Translations under genes and position numbers: made by a program
The notes under the pieces: model-generated
The model's database searches: none
What the model saw: only the letters and a program-made list of their open reading frames with translations
Told to the model about the DNA's origin: nothing
Assembly: GCA_965116875.1 (NCBI GenBank)
Contig: OZ220733.1
Coordinates: 32,001 to 96,000 of the forward strand
Reading direction: 5' to 3'
DNA length: 64,000 bases
Source: Candidatus Latescibacterota bacterium
GTDB taxonomy: Bacteria > Latescibacterota > UBA2968 > GCA-2709665
Shown here: piece after piece, positions 55,325 through 64,000 of the stretch
Numbering within the stretch: position 1 is the stretch's first letter
Layout: each line of letters starts with the position of its first letter

Positions 55325-57225
55325 CAGCCCGGAATCCGGAAGCTCCAGACTTCGGATCTGTGGGTATAATAGAGCCTGCCTTCGCGAATGACAATGCCCG
55401 CGTTCGCATTCACCGGGGGTGTTCCCAGCGACGAGTGTTCGAACGAACCCGGTTCGATCCGAACGATCGCGTTGCGAAAGAGCGCGTAGATCTCGTTGTC
55501 GGGCCCCGCCGCCATGATCCTGGGGGCCTGTTGGCCCGCCAGGTCGCCGTAGGGCAGCTTCGCCTCGAAGTGGACGATCTCGCGCGACCCGGGATCGAAA
55601 ACGAAGAATGCCGATCCGGCGGCCAGGCCGTAGATCAATCCGTCGGGACCCAGGAGCATGTCCGGAATCACCGTGGCGCCCGGCACAACCACTTCGCGAA
55701 AAAGCACACGGCCTTCATCCGGATCCAGAATGTAGAGTTCCGCCTCCTTCGCGTGCGTCTCACCTCCCGTTCCGGGACTTATCGTCGTCCCGCACACGAT
55801 CTTCCCGTCCGGCAGCGCCACAATCGATACCGTGCTGTGGGCGGGAATCAGCTCCTCGTGGGTCAACAGCGTATGGCTCCCGGACCCGGTATCCCAGATC
55901 AGCATCCCTCCGCCCGTCAAACCATAGCCCGGCGTTCCCGTCATGATCAACCGCCGCCCGTCCGGGTGCGCCAGAAGCGCGTGCGGGCGGATAATTGTGG
56001 GATTCACGGATATCAAAACCCTGGGGTTCGGGTCCTCAGGCGCCCGATCGTCCCACGGCCGCGCGGGGTCGTATTCCCAGAGCCTGCCGTCCGCGTACTC
56101 CGCGCAGTAGATCTTTTCGCCCTGAACGGCGAGCGCGTTCAGGTGTCCGATCAGGTCCAACAGACCGTGGTGGGTGAACGCATCCGCCTCCGGATCGTAC
56201 GTATAGAACCTCAGCGGATGCCCGGTCGAACCGTGGATTCTGCCGTCCGGACCCTCCGCGATCGACAGGATGGGGGATCCCTCCGACTCATAGTCGATTT
56301 CCAGACGTCTTACCGTTCCCGCCTCGTTGACTTCGACGTACTTCTCCGGAAGGTTGATCTCATCGAGCGACCAGCCATCCGGGAAATTGTCCAGGACCGC
56401 CTCCTGGATGCCGGCCATGATCGGCCGCTCGGCGGCGGGCGCGTCCACCGGCGTCACCGCGCCTTCGAGCATCGCCCACCACGGACCGGTGTCGAACGTC
56501 CTCCCGTACACCTTGCCGTCCACACCCCGGTAGACGGACGATGAGCCGTGCCGGCGGTCGGACTCGGGAATCAACGCGGCACGTTCGCCTGTTGCCGGAT
56601 TGAATGAAACGATCTGCCCGCGCGTGGCGCCGATGCCCGCGTAGACCCACCCGGAACCGTCCACCGCGATCGTCCTCGGGTACTGAGGCCAATTCTCATG
56701 GTTGAGCGGGCCGTGGTTCTCCAGTTTTTGGCTGTCCGGATCGAAGCTCAGCAATTCGCAGTTGGGATACGCGGACGTCCAGACCGTGCCGTCATCGTCT
56801 TCTGTAAACGACATGGCGAATCTCGGCGGCGCGTCGGACCAGAACGTGAAGCGGCGTGATTCGGCGTCGAACTCCACGAACTTGTCGAAATACGAATAGA
56901 ACCGGTTCCGCGTGGACAACAGAACGGCAAAGGGCGTGGAGGCCATCCCGAACGGCGTCGGAATCTCCTCCACCTCGCCCGTCCGTGCGTCGATCACGAG
57001 AATCGAACCGCATCCCCTGTGGTCCATCGGCCACGCCAGGACGATGGGCTGCCCGTCACCGTCCACCGTTGCCGCCACGCCTCGCGCGCGGGACACCGGG
57101 GCGGCAACGCCATGCCGCGCGAACCCGTCCCCGAAATCACGGGTCGCGGCCTCAGCCGTACGTCTGAAAACCAACAGAAACGTGGCCAACAGTATGGCAA
57201 ATGCCGTGAACGAAACCGGGCTCAT
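55321..57225 (-). CDS. Secreted beta-propeller repeat protein
   Basis: Signal peptide; many blades such as GPDGRIHG, LPDGKIVCG, GPDGLIYG, FDP/YDP. Confidence 0.72.
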   Translation of the reverse strand: MSPVSFTAFAILLATFLLVFRRTAEAATRDFGDGFARHGVAAPVSRARGVAATVDGDGQPIVLAWPMDHRGCGSILVIDARTGEVEEIPTPFGMASTPFAVLLSTRNRFYSYFDKFVEFDAESRRFTFWSDAPPRFAMSFTEDDDGTVWTSAYPNCELLSFDPDSQKLENHGPLNHENWPQYPRTIAVDGSGWVYAGIGATRGQIVSFNPATGERAALIPESDRRHGSSSVYRGVDGKVYGRTFDTGPWWAMLEGAVTPVDAPAAERPIMAGIQEAVLDNFPDGWSLDEINLPEKYVEVNEAGTVRRLEIDYESEGSPILSIAEGPDGRIHGSTGHPLRFYTYDPEADAFTHHGLLDLIGHLNALAVQGEKIYCAEYADGRLWEYDPARPWDDRAPEDPNPRVLISVNPTIIRPHALLAHPDGRRLIMTGTPGYGLTGGGMLIWDTGSGSHTLLTHEELIPAHSTVSIVALPDGKIVCGTTISPGTGGETHAKEAELYILDPDEGRVLFREVVVPGATVIPDMLLGPDGLIYGLAAGSAFFVFDPGSREIVHFEAKLPYGDLAGQQAPRIMAAGPDNEIYALFRNAIVRIEPGSFEHSSLGTPPVNANAGIVIREGRLYYTHRSEVWSFRIPGC

Positions 57226-57533
57226 GTCAATCCTCCGGTTGGTTACATCATATACCGACGGGCCCACGGCTGCCAATATGTGGAGCCGCGCTTCGAAAGT
57301 CAAGCGGATGCAATGCCACCGAGGCAGTTCTGGTCGGCATACCCACCAATCTCCCATTAGAAACAGAAATGCCAATCCGGGAGCAGATCGGCTTCTGAAA
57401 AACGTGCCGCACAACTTTGGAAAGAAGAGCCATTTCAGACAGCGAGATCTGCGCACTGCCTGTCGCACGGCTCTGATTGGCGGGGATGATTGTCGAACAC
57501 GTCGAATTGATGCGCGATTTCGTCGTTTTGGGT

Positions 57534-58577
57534 TCAGCTATTTGATAGGTGCGCAATCAACTCCGTTTCCAAATTTTCGGCTTCCTCCCTTGTAAGGTAT
57601 GGCACCTTTATCGTGCGCGCCCAGAAGAAGCTTTTTCCGGTAATTTCAGAAACTTTCCGAAAGTCCATTGCACAGATTTTCGGACCCCTTACCGGTATTG
57701 GAGTTGTAAATTCCACTTGCCTAAACCACATATCCTTCTCTTCACTCTTTTCGATGTTACCTCCCTTTACTCGACCAGCAGCAACGATGCCGGTCCCTCT
57801 GTGGGAAAGGAAAATAAAGTCGTCCGGATGTATGTATCCAACGAAATGTTTCGTAGTTCCCCACGCGGCGACTCGGCTATGTTCGATCATTTCCCAGATC
57901 GATTCTTTATTGTAGGTCTTGTTGGTATCGAATAGCACTCCTTTAATGGAATTTGGATTTCGATGCTTGTCATATGGCAACGCGAAAAACTCGAAATATT
58001 TCTCGTTGTTCAGTTCATAAATTCTATACGGCAGGAAGTCGATTAAAATTCCCTGTTTCTTCCAATAGTCCGCCGCATTGATTAGGCTATCGTCCGCAGC
58101 GCTTCCGATTACAATCAACCTCTGTCTGTTGTTTATGTCTTCAACGTCCAGTTGTTGCTTAAGGCCGAATGCTTCCTTGTGCGCTTTGCGTAGTTCGATT
58201 TCATCTCCGTCAGCGTACATTCGGTTTCCTTTGTACTCACGGTATTTCTTTTGTAACGTCTCGTAACTCCATTGTCCGGCACTCTGCGCATAGCGCAAAG
58301 CCTGTTGGACGGCATCTTCGCCAGTAGTACCTCTCTTTAGCTCAAAAATGACCAACTCACCTCTTTCGTCCAACGCATAAATGTCTGCTTCTGCCTTGCC
58401 TTTCTGTTCTTGGAATACTGGCATTAGACTCGATTCCTCATACAGCACATCCAGAATGCTCTTTGCGATCAAATCTTCCAGATCTTTCTCGACGTTCTTA
58501 AAGCTTGCGAAATCCCTAAATGCCACGGGTTCGAGTGTATCGAATTTCCCTTCGGTCGACCCAAGTTTGTATAACAT
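57534..58577 (-). CDS. PD-(D/E)xK (NucS-like) endonuclease with C-terminal PUA/EVE-like domain, AT-rich
   Basis: EKDLE...ADIYALDERGELVIFELKR...AVQQALRY; C-terminal DDFIFLSHRGTGIVAAGRV. Confidence 0.7.
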   Translation of the reverse strand: MLYKLGSTEGKFDTLEPVAFRDFASFKNVEKDLEDLIAKSILDVLYEESSLMPVFQEQKGKAEADIYALDERGELVIFELKRGTTGEDAVQQALRYAQSAGQWSYETLQKKYREYKGNRMYADGDEIELRKAHKEAFGLKQQLDVEDINNRQRLIVIGSAADDSLINAADYWKKQGILIDFLPYRIYELNNEKYFEFFALPYDKHRNPNSIKGVLFDTNKTYNKESIWEMIEHSRVAAWGTTKHFVGYIHPDDFIFLSHRGTGIVAAGRVKGGNIEKSEEKDMWFRQVEFTTPIPVRGPKICAMDFRKVSEITGKSFFWARTIKVPYLTREEAENLETELIAHLSNS

Positions 58578-58675
58578 AGAACTACCTCTTTCTGGTAACA
58601 AATGTACCGGAACAGGACGTATTTGAAGTCAAATCCAGACCGCCACAAGTACCCGGGTTTTCCCGTGCGTCCAAT

Positions 58676-59251
58676 CTACAGGTCCTTGTACCAGGTCAAT
58701 TCCACCTCGTCCAGGCCTTCCGCGCGGTAGGCGTATAGATGGACTTTGCCGAGCCGGGCCCCCATGCGCGCGTAGAAGCGGCAGGCGGCGACGTTGACGT
58801 TCTGGGTTTCGATCTTCAAATGCGTGCATCCACGCTTTCCGGCAGCGGTCTCCGCGTGCTGGAACAGCGCCCTGCCGACTCCCCTTCCGCGGTATTCCGG
58901 ACTGACCCGAATGTCCCACAGGCCCGCGAGGTCTTCGCGCCCTTCGCAGTAGCCCAGGCCGTCGGCGTGAAACGCGACGATCGCGCCGCCGATTCGGTCC
59001 TGCCCCCGGAAGGCGCCCAGAAAGATCCAGTTCGACAGGTCCCACGACCTGCGGGCCAATCGTTCGGGGCCCTCGGGTTCGTCATAGTCCTTGATATAGG
59101 GCGGCTTCACGGCTTCTTCGATCAGCCGGATTCCCCCGAGGCCGCCGGATACCGGTTGGACGCGAAAGCGGCGCCTGACCTCGAAGGCAATCGGTACGTT
59201 GCCGTATTCCGAAAGAACGTCGGCGGCTTCTACTGCTATCCTGAACTTCAT
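58676..59251 (-). CDS. GNAT acetyltransferase (streptothricin acetyltransferase-like)
   Basis: LWDIRVSPEYRGRGVG and LKIETQNVNVAACRFY motifs. Confidence 0.85.
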   Translation of the reverse strand: MKFRIAVEAADVLSEYGNVPIAFEVRRRFRVQPVSGGLGGIRLIEEAVKPPYIKDYDEPEGPERLARRSWDLSNWIFLGAFRGQDRIGGAIVAFHADGLGYCEGREDLAGLWDIRVSPEYRGRGVGRALFQHAETAAGKRGCTHLKIETQNVNVAACRFYARMGARLGKVHLYAYRAEGLDEVELTWYKDL

Positions 59252-59577
59252 TGGCGTTTCCGTCTCGACACGGCGATGCGCCTGATGAATCGTATACGGT
59301 ATCTTGCTCGATATTTCCTGCGAAACCCTGCGGCGGATATATTGTACCCCCTCGTCCCGTTACCTATCGAACCGTAATCCCTAACGAAGATACCGATATC
59401 GTCAAACGACGGTCAAGCTTCATGTGCGGCCGGAACGAAGCCTGTTGGCGATCAAAGCCCATGGGTCCTGTTGCAACTGTCGGAACCGTCGCCAAGTGAC
59501 GACGATCGCGCATAACCTGTTAATTTCATTGCAATTTGTGAGTTCTTTGTCTATTTTCGATCTTCCGCGTTCACACA

Positions 59578-60975
59578 ATGAATCAGGGCATGCCCATAAT
59601 GACCCGAAAAACCGCAGCCGGGCTGATTCTCGCCGTCCTTCTGCCGCTGGCGGTCGTCCTGTATCCTGGAGACCTGGACACCGTGCCGCGCCTGGCGCTG
59701 GCGCTCTCCCTTGCCACGGTCATCCTTTGGACCTTCGAACCGGTCCCCCTTGAATACAGTTCGCTGTTGCTGATTGTCCTCTTCCCCGTCCTGGGCGTAC
59801 TCCCGTTCGAGACCGCCTTCGGACCCTTTGCGAGCAAGACGGTCTGGCTCATCTTCGCCGGCATGGCCCTCAGCCTCGGCATCACCGAAACCCCTCTGGG
59901 CGCACGGCTCTCGCGCCTGGTCCTCGGTCGCATCGGAAGCCTGAACGGGCTGATCCTCGCGCTTCACGTACTGGGCATGCTTTCCGCGCTTCTCATCCCC
60001 TCGGGAGTCGTGCGAATCCTGATCCTCATGCCCCTCATCGTCACCCTGCTGCGGACGCTCGGCGAACCGCCGGGATCACGGGTGAGCGCGGCATTGATCC
60101 TCTCTCTGGCCTGTTCCACCTACTACGGCGGCACCGGTGTCCTCACGGCTTCGGTGCCCAGCCTGGTAGTCTTCGGCGTCCTGGAATCCCGGGACATCAC
60201 CGTGTACTGGGGTCAGTGGACGCTGTATCTCTTTCCCGTATTTTCCCTGTGCCGGGTCGCGCTCTGTTACGCGCTGATCCGCCTGTTATTGCCGGTGAGA
60301 GGCGATACCCGCATCGGGACGAAACCCGACGTGGATGAGGAAGTCCCCGACCGAGTCACGCCCGCGGAGAAGAAAACCCTGTGCATCCTGTTTGCGGGCA
60401 TATTGCTATGGGCAACCGACGCGCTGCACGGCATCCATCCGGCCTACGTGGGCCTGGGGCTTGTCCTGGCCTGTTATCTCCCGGGATTGGGGCCTCTGCA
60501 TCCCGACCTGCTGAAAAAGATCAACTTTCCGCTGCTCATCTACATCGCCGCAGCGTTCTCCGTGGGTCACGCGCTCGAAACCACCGGTTTCAGCCCCCTG
60601 CTCGCCAACCAGTTTACGGAATGGCTGAGCCGTTTCGACGGCAGCCTGCTTACACAACTCGGCGTACTCTCGGCCTTCATTCTGCCTTTCAATTTTCTGG
60701 CGGACACGGCCGCGGTCGCCGCCATCCTCACGCCCGTCCTCCTGGACGTCGCCGCCCAGACCGGCCTGGCGCCGCTTCCCGCCGCCCTCTGTATGGCGAT
60801 TGTCGCAAGTTGCGGATTCTTTCCGTACCAGGCGGCGCCGTTCATCCTGGCGTACAGCTTCCGCTACGTGCACATGGGGCAGTTCATCCGGCTCATGGTT
60901 CTGCTGGCGCTGGTCTCGCTCCTGTTTCTCATTCCCCTCAACTTCCTCTACTGGCGGCTGATCGGGTTTGTCTGA
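59578..60975 (+). CDS. SLC13/DASS family anion transporter
   Basis: Many TM helices; WTFEPVP, ETPLGARL, LIPSGVVR and FFPYQAAP motifs. Confidence 0.82.
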   Translation: MNQGMPIMTRKTAAGLILAVLLPLAVVLYPGDLDTVPRLALALSLATVILWTFEPVPLEYSSLLLIVLFPVLGVLPFETAFGPFASKTVWLIFAGMALSLGITETPLGARLSRLVLGRIGSLNGLILALHVLGMLSALLIPSGVVRILILMPLIVTLLRTLGEPPGSRVSAALILSLACSTYYGGTGVLTASVPSLVVFGVLESRDITVYWGQWTLYLFPVFSLCRVALCYALIRLLLPVRGDTRIGTKPDVDEEVPDRVTPAEKKTLCILFAGILLWATDALHGIHPAYVGLGLVLACYLPGLGPLHPDLLKKINFPLLIYIAAAFSVGHALETTGFSPLLANQFTEWLSRFDGSLLTQLGVLSAFILPFNFLADTAAVAAILTPVLLDVAAQTGLAPLPAALCMAIVASCGFFPYQAAPFILAYSFRYVHMGQFIRLMVLLALVSLLFLIPLNFLYWRLIGFV

Positions 60976-60989
60976 CAATCAGTCGTAAA

Positions 60990-61120
60990 GCGGTGAGAGG
61001 GGAGACGTGAGACGGGAGAGATTGCACGCCTTGTGAGGTTTCGTCTCGTGCCGGAGGCAAGGAGGAATAATATACCGGGCAAGGGTTTCTTCTACCGTCT
61101 ACCCTCTCCCCTCTCACCGC
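60990..61120. repeat. Inverted repeat made of heptamer units
   Basis: GCGGTGAGAGGGGAGACGTGAGACGGGAGA (60990-61019) versus the reverse complement of 61091-61120, GCGGTGAGAGGGGAGAGGGTAGACGGTAGA; first 16 bp identical. Confidence 0.75.
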
Positions 61121-61182
61121 CTCGATTTACTCGCACAAATTCGATTTAACGCCCACGAAAACTCACGAATCAAGGTTAGCGC

Positions 61183-61211
61183 TTGACAAGCCCCGGGTGT
61201 ACGGGTACCAT
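61183..61211 (+). promoter_or_regulatory. Putative sigma-70 promoter
   Basis: TTGACA-17 bp-TACCAT. Confidence 0.55.
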
Positions 61212-61243
61212 CGTTCCTCCGTCCACCATCAGAACGATTCCCT

Positions 61244-62872
61244 ATGGAGAACCCGATGAATGCAATGCGAATCAATGGAGATACGGCATTGGCCTGGGGC
61301 GCGATCGAGGCCGGTGTCGGCTGCGTTACCGGGTATCCCGGTTCGCCGGGCACCGGCACGTTTACGGCGCTGGCGGACTCAGCGACCGAATACGGCCACG
61401 ATGCCGAGTGGTGTCTGAACGAACGCATCGCCCTGGACGTCGCCGCGGGGGTCTCCCAGGGCGGGCGCCGGGTGCTCGTGTGCATGAAGAGCGTGGGAAT
61501 GAACGTGGCGCTGGATACCCTGATGGTCCTGAACATGACCGGCGTTCACGCCGGGCTGGTAATCCTCATGGGCGACGATCCGGGAGCGTGGGGGTCACAG
61601 AACGAACAGGACGGCCGGTTTTTCGCTCCCCTTGCGGAAATCCCCATGCTCGAGCCCGCGACGCCGGCGGAGGGACGGCGAATGATGCGCTGGGCTTTCG
61701 ACTTCTCCGAGTCGTTCCGCACGGTTGTGATCCTGCGCATCACCCGGAGCTTCAGCGTCTGCGAAGCCGACCTGCCCCCCGTCCGCACCCCCGCGTCTGT
61801 GCCGGCGCTGGAACCGGACAGGGAGCCGATGCGCTGGATTTCGTCCCTTTCCAACTGCATACCCAACCACCGACGGCTCCACCGCAATCTCAGGGACATC
61901 TCTCAATCGTTCGAGGATCTTCCCTTCAACCGGGTCGACGGCGACGGAGAACTGGGCGTCATTGCAACGGGATTCGCACACAGCAAGCTTCAGGACGCGC
62001 TGGAAGGCGCGGATACCTCGGGGCTCAGGCGCCTGAAACTCGCATCCGTCTATCCCCTTCCCGGCGGCCTGATCGCGGACTTCCTGAAAGCGTGCAGGCA
62101 GGTGCTGGTTCTGGAGGAAGTAGACCCGTATCTGGAAGACGGCATCAAGACCATCGGGTACGACGCCGGCGTCACGCCGCCGGTCATCGGCAAACGCAGC
62201 GGTCACGTCCCCGGAGAAGGCGAGCTCTTCCGCTGGCAGATACAGCAGGCGCTGAAGGCCTGTCTGCCGGCCCTGGACCCGAAGCGCGTCTTCACGGAAG
62301 CCGGCTGGCAGGAGGAAAAGCCATACCGGAAGTCCCACTGCGCCGGCTGCCCGTACAATGAAATCCTCGCCGCGCTGCGCGAGGAAGCGGCCGCCCTGGG
62401 ACAGAACCCGTTCCTCACCGCCGATCCCGGCTGCGTCGTCATCGCCGCCCGATACCTCGACACCAAGTTGTGTATGGGATCCGCCGTCGGCGCGGCGCTG
62501 GGGCTTCAGAAGGCGGGAGTGGGAGAGCGCGCGGTGGCCATTACGGGCGACTCGGCTTTCTATCACAGCAGCGTGAACGCGCTGATCCACGCGGGCTCTA
62601 CCGGCGCCAATCTCCTGCTCGTCGTACTCGACAACGCCGGTTCACTCACAACGGGTGGTCAGCCCACCCCGGATCGAGGCGTCCCGGTCGCCGGAAAACC
62701 CGGTCCGGTGATTGCCATCAACAACCTGGCTGCGGCCTGCGGCGTCGATTCGGTCTGGACGGTAGAAGAAAAGGATCCGGAGGCACGTATGCGAGGTATC
62801 TTCCGGGAAGCCCTTCAGACCGACGGGCTCGGCCTCGTGACAATTCGAAGACGTTGTGAGCCGGTGGACTGA
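61244..62872 (+). CDS. iorA: Indolepyruvate:ferredoxin oxidoreductase alpha-like TPP enzyme
   Basis: GYPGSPGT, NERIALD, MKSVGMNVALD, DDPG...SQNEQD, CAGCP, GDSAFYHS and LDN motifs; start may be 61257 or 61265. Confidence 0.85.
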   Translation: MENPMNAMRINGDTALAWGAIEAGVGCVTGYPGSPGTGTFTALADSATEYGHDAEWCLNERIALDVAAGVSQGGRRVLVCMKSVGMNVALDTLMVLNMTGVHAGLVILMGDDPGAWGSQNEQDGRFFAPLAEIPMLEPATPAEGRRMMRWAFDFSESFRTVVILRITRSFSVCEADLPPVRTPASVPALEPDREPMRWISSLSNCIPNHRRLHRNLRDISQSFEDLPFNRVDGDGELGVIATGFAHSKLQDALEGADTSGLRRLKLASVYPLPGGLIADFLKACRQVLVLEEVDPYLEDGIKTIGYDAGVTPPVIGKRSGHVPGEGELFRWQIQQALKACLPALDPKRVFTEAGWQEEKPYRKSHCAGCPYNEILAALREEAAALGQNPFLTADPGCVVIAARYLDTKLCMGSAVGAALGLQKAGVGERAVAITGDSAFYHSSVNALIHAGSTGANLLLVVLDNAGSLTTGGQPTPDRGVPVAGKPGPVIAINNLAAACGVDSVWTVEEKDPEARMRGIFREALQTDGLGLVTIRRRCEPVD

Positions 62873-62879
62873 CCGGCGT

Positions 62880-62927
62880 AAAAAAAAGGGTCGCCCGGGA
62901 CAATATCCAGTCCCGCTCGAACCCTTT
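62880..62927 (-). terminator. Rho-independent terminator (for - strand genes, possibly bidirectional)
   Basis: AAAGGGTCG..CGGGAC / GTCCCG..CGAACCCTTT stem with an A8 run on + (T8 on -). Confidence 0.6.
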
Positions 62928-63057
62928 AAGACCCACGCCCGATGTACCGCCCCGGAGGCAGCCGGGTAACTCCCTGGCAAAACACAAAACGCTCGGTGCC
63001 GGTCATCCGGACGCGTGGAAGCTGCCCCGCGCCCCTACTTCCAACTCTCTCGCGAAT

Positions 63058-63639
63058 TCATCGGAACTCAAGAGAAGACGTGATGGTACGGTACTCGTCC
63101 ACGGGAAAGGCGGCGGACGTCCCGTTGCCCATCATCAGATACGCCTTTCGCCCGTCCAGGACGACCGTAACTAGAAACCGGTTTCCCCTTCGACTCAGAA
63201 ACACCGTCCGGAAAATCCACTCGATGCCTTCGCGTCCGGCAATCTGAAACGTGCGCTTCTCCTGGGCCGTATATCCTAGAAAGGTGGCCTTGAACTCTTC
63301 CTCGAGTTCGGCCGTAACGGTCTGAAGTGTCGCTTTTTCTGAAAGCGCGCGGGGCCTCAGGGTCAGCACGGCCACGAATCCCGAAATCGGCTCCCGGTTC
63401 ATAACCACTTCAACCCTGGGCAATCCGTTCGGCTCGCGGGTCTGGAAGGACGTCTGGGCCGTCCATCCCCACACGTCCGGGACCGTAATTCGGAATCCCC
63501 ATTCATCATTGGAATACACCCGGTCGCCATCGGTGTCGCCGGTCGGATTGTTGGCGGTGTCCTCCGGTATCGGGCTGCAACTCAGCGTCGCGAAGAGCAA
63601 TATGAGGCAGAACCGGAAACTGGTACGTCGTCTGGACAT
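63058..63639 (-). CDS. Putative lipoprotein (PsbP/DcrB-like fold)
   Basis: Lipobox TLSC; YSNDEWGFRITVPDVW pattern. Confidence 0.6.
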   Translation of the reverse strand: MSRRRTSFRFCLILLFATLSCSPIPEDTANNPTGDTDGDRVYSNDEWGFRITVPDVWGWTAQTSFQTREPNGLPRVEVVMNREPISGFVAVLTLRPRALSEKATLQTVTAELEEEFKATFLGYTAQEKRTFQIAGREGIEWIFRTVFLSRRGNRFLVTVVLDGRKAYLMMGNGTSAAFPVDEYRTITSSLEFR

Positions 63640-63742
63640 GGGCCCCGCCTTCCTTTGTTCTGAACTCACACTCCCGCCTGTTTAAAGCGGTTTTTCGTCT
63701 GGCGCAGTCCCGTCACCGCGATCGGGAAACACCCGGCGACGA

Positions 63743-64000
63743 TCATTGCACCATCCCCAGCCGTCTCCATCGGATCTTTACGAACGGATTCCAGATCGGC
63801 GCGCCGGAATTCCAGGAAAAATAGATGAGCAGCGGGTGCGCCTTCACCCGGTCGAGCGACACCGGTCCCCAGAACCGGCTGTCGTCGCTGTTATCCCGAT
63901 TGTCACCCATCACGAATACATGACCCGGAGGCACCAGATAGGGGCCGTAGTTGTCGCGCGGGCTATACCGTCTTGACTGTGTCCGCCGGTCCATGAACTT
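63743..64000 (-). CDS. lepB: Signal peptidase I, C-terminal part (5' end outside the window)
   Basis: VPPGHVFVMGDNRDNSDDSRFWG and IRWRR motifs. Confidence 0.92.
   Translation of the reverse strand, partial: KFMDRRTQSRRYSPRDNYGPYLVPPGHVFVMGDNRDNSDDSRFWGPVSLDRVKAHPLLIYFSWNSGAPIWNPFVKIRWRRLGMVQ

Noticed and set aside
1-64000. CRISPR arrays, tRNA or rRNA genes, prophage, integrase or transposase genes
   Set aside because: No regularly spaced direct repeats, tRNA/rRNA signatures or such ORFs were recognised by eye.

Overview
GC-rich bacterial chromosome segment. Gene content is FCB-group-like (Gemmatimonadota/Latescibacterota-type), but the taxon cannot be fixed from the sequence alone. 1-13 kb (- strand) is one respiratory super-operon: Rieske protein, split cytochrome b6/subunit IV, an octaheme cytochrome c, a cupredoxin-like protein, A-family heme-copper oxidase subunits II-I-III-IV, two small membrane proteins, and heme A and heme O synthases. 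A membrane-anchored HEAT protein and a 2x[4Fe-4S] ferredoxin lie upstream. 15-24 kb is a housekeeping cluster (yggS, yggT, divIVA, mtnP, nudix, ileS, dksA-like, lspA, rluD). 24-42 kb is catabolic and glycosylation genes. 42-47 kb holds a TonB receptor, ferritin, a highly structured leader and a sigma-70 factor. 47-64 kb holds gcvPA/PB, a tandem SDR array with a chimeric middle copy, an orphan antitoxin whose toxin appears replaced by a MITE, an AT-rich nuclease gene, a DASS transporter, a solo IorA and a partial lepB. Best leads: (i) a ~25-aa motif shared by the Rieske N-terminal extension (2 copies) and the neighbouring ferredoxin; (ii) oxidase subunit I lacking the K-channel lysine; (iii) two MITE families; (iv) a candidate structured RNA upstream of the sigma factor. 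No rRNA, tRNA or CRISPR array was seen. All family assignments are from motif recognition, not database searches.
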